Assembly: GCF_963921235.1 (NCBI RefSeq)
Contig: NC_086097.1
Location: 36,582,001 to 36,646,000, forward strand
DNA length: 64,000 nt
Direction of reading: 5' to 3'
DNA from: Mobula hypostoma
Lineage: Eukaryota
Shown here: piece by piece, positions 63,372 to 64,000 of the stretch
Position numbering within the stretch: the stretch's first letter is position 1
How the letters are laid out: each line of letters begins with the position of its first letter
The notes under the pieces: generated by a model
What the model saw: only the letters and a program-made list of their open reading frames with translations
What the model was told of the DNA's origin: nothing
Database searches by the model: none
Translations under genes and position numbers: made by a program

Positions 63372-63548
63372 AGAATGTGGTGGATGTGGGTTTGATTTCA
63401 ACATTTAAGAGAAATTTGGATAAGTACATGGATAGGAGGGTTATGGAGGGCTATGGTCCAGGTGCGGCTTGATGGAACTAGGCAGAATGGCATGGACTCG
63501 ATGGGCCGAAGGGCCTGTTTCTGTGTTGTAGTGCTCTATAACTACGAC
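63372..63548 (+). mobile_element. CR1 3' tail
   Basis: ACATTTAAGAGAAATTTGGATAAGTACATGGATAGG...GGGCCGAAGGGCCTGTTTCTGTG. Confidence 0.75.
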
Positions 63549-64000
63549 TAAGGAGGCAGCTCAACATCACCACTCAAGGACAATTAGGGATGGGCAATAA
63601 TATTGGTCTAAGATGCTACTAATGCCTACATCCCAACCAGCAAAAAAAATAGCATTAGGCATTCATTTTCAGATTTATACAAAATTATTCCTTATTCTGC
63701 TGACAGTAATAATATGGCATGGCTTAGGCATCTTAATTAATATTGAATGAGCAGTATTTTAAGCACAGGAGCACAAGCCTCAAATTTCTTATAAGGGTCT
63801 TCAAATGCCTGAGAGATGCTCAGCTTTCATGGAAAACATCTCACCAAAAAAATTAGTTTGAGAAGACAGAATATCATGTGCACAACTTTCCTAGTCCGAC
63901 CTAACTAGTCAGGAACATGAAAGAAGTTTTTGTTTATAATATTTCCTTGATTATTGCTGGTTTAAAAGGAGATTTTATACAATTGCTACAGTCTCCCAAC

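Overview
Vertebrate nuclear DNA, not prokaryotic. The repeat content (abundant CR1, Rex1-like LINEs, Penelope-like elements, V-SINE-like SINEs) suggests a cartilaginous fish, probably a ray; this is inference. The whole window lies inside one minus-strand gene encoding a novel-type protein kinase C of the eta/epsilon subgroup, most likely PRKCH. Eight GT-AG exons with matching phases can be read by hand: 63016-62842, 57601-57567, 54074-53992, 49285-49156, 46981-46842, ~42346-42200, 40664-40491 and 8801-8647. Together they give about 1.04 kb of coding sequence, covering pseudosubstrate, C1A, C1B, hinge and the N-terminal half of the kinase domain; the first and last exons lie outside the window. 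The introns are packed with transposable elements: a decayed Ty3/Gypsy element, many CR1 copies (one near full length), Rex1-like LINEs, SINEs and several Penelope-like elements. The most notable points are: (1) the C1B domain has Tyr rather than Trp at position 22, the known DAG-affinity switch; (2) more than ten copies of a minimal hammerhead-ribozyme motif sit in Penelope terminal repeats, several in the sense orientation of the host pre-mRNA; (3) short fold-back Penelope-derived insertions with target-site duplications recur, and one young Penelope is nested in the end of an older one. I found no evidence for a wholly new class of system; these are unusual instances of known classes.
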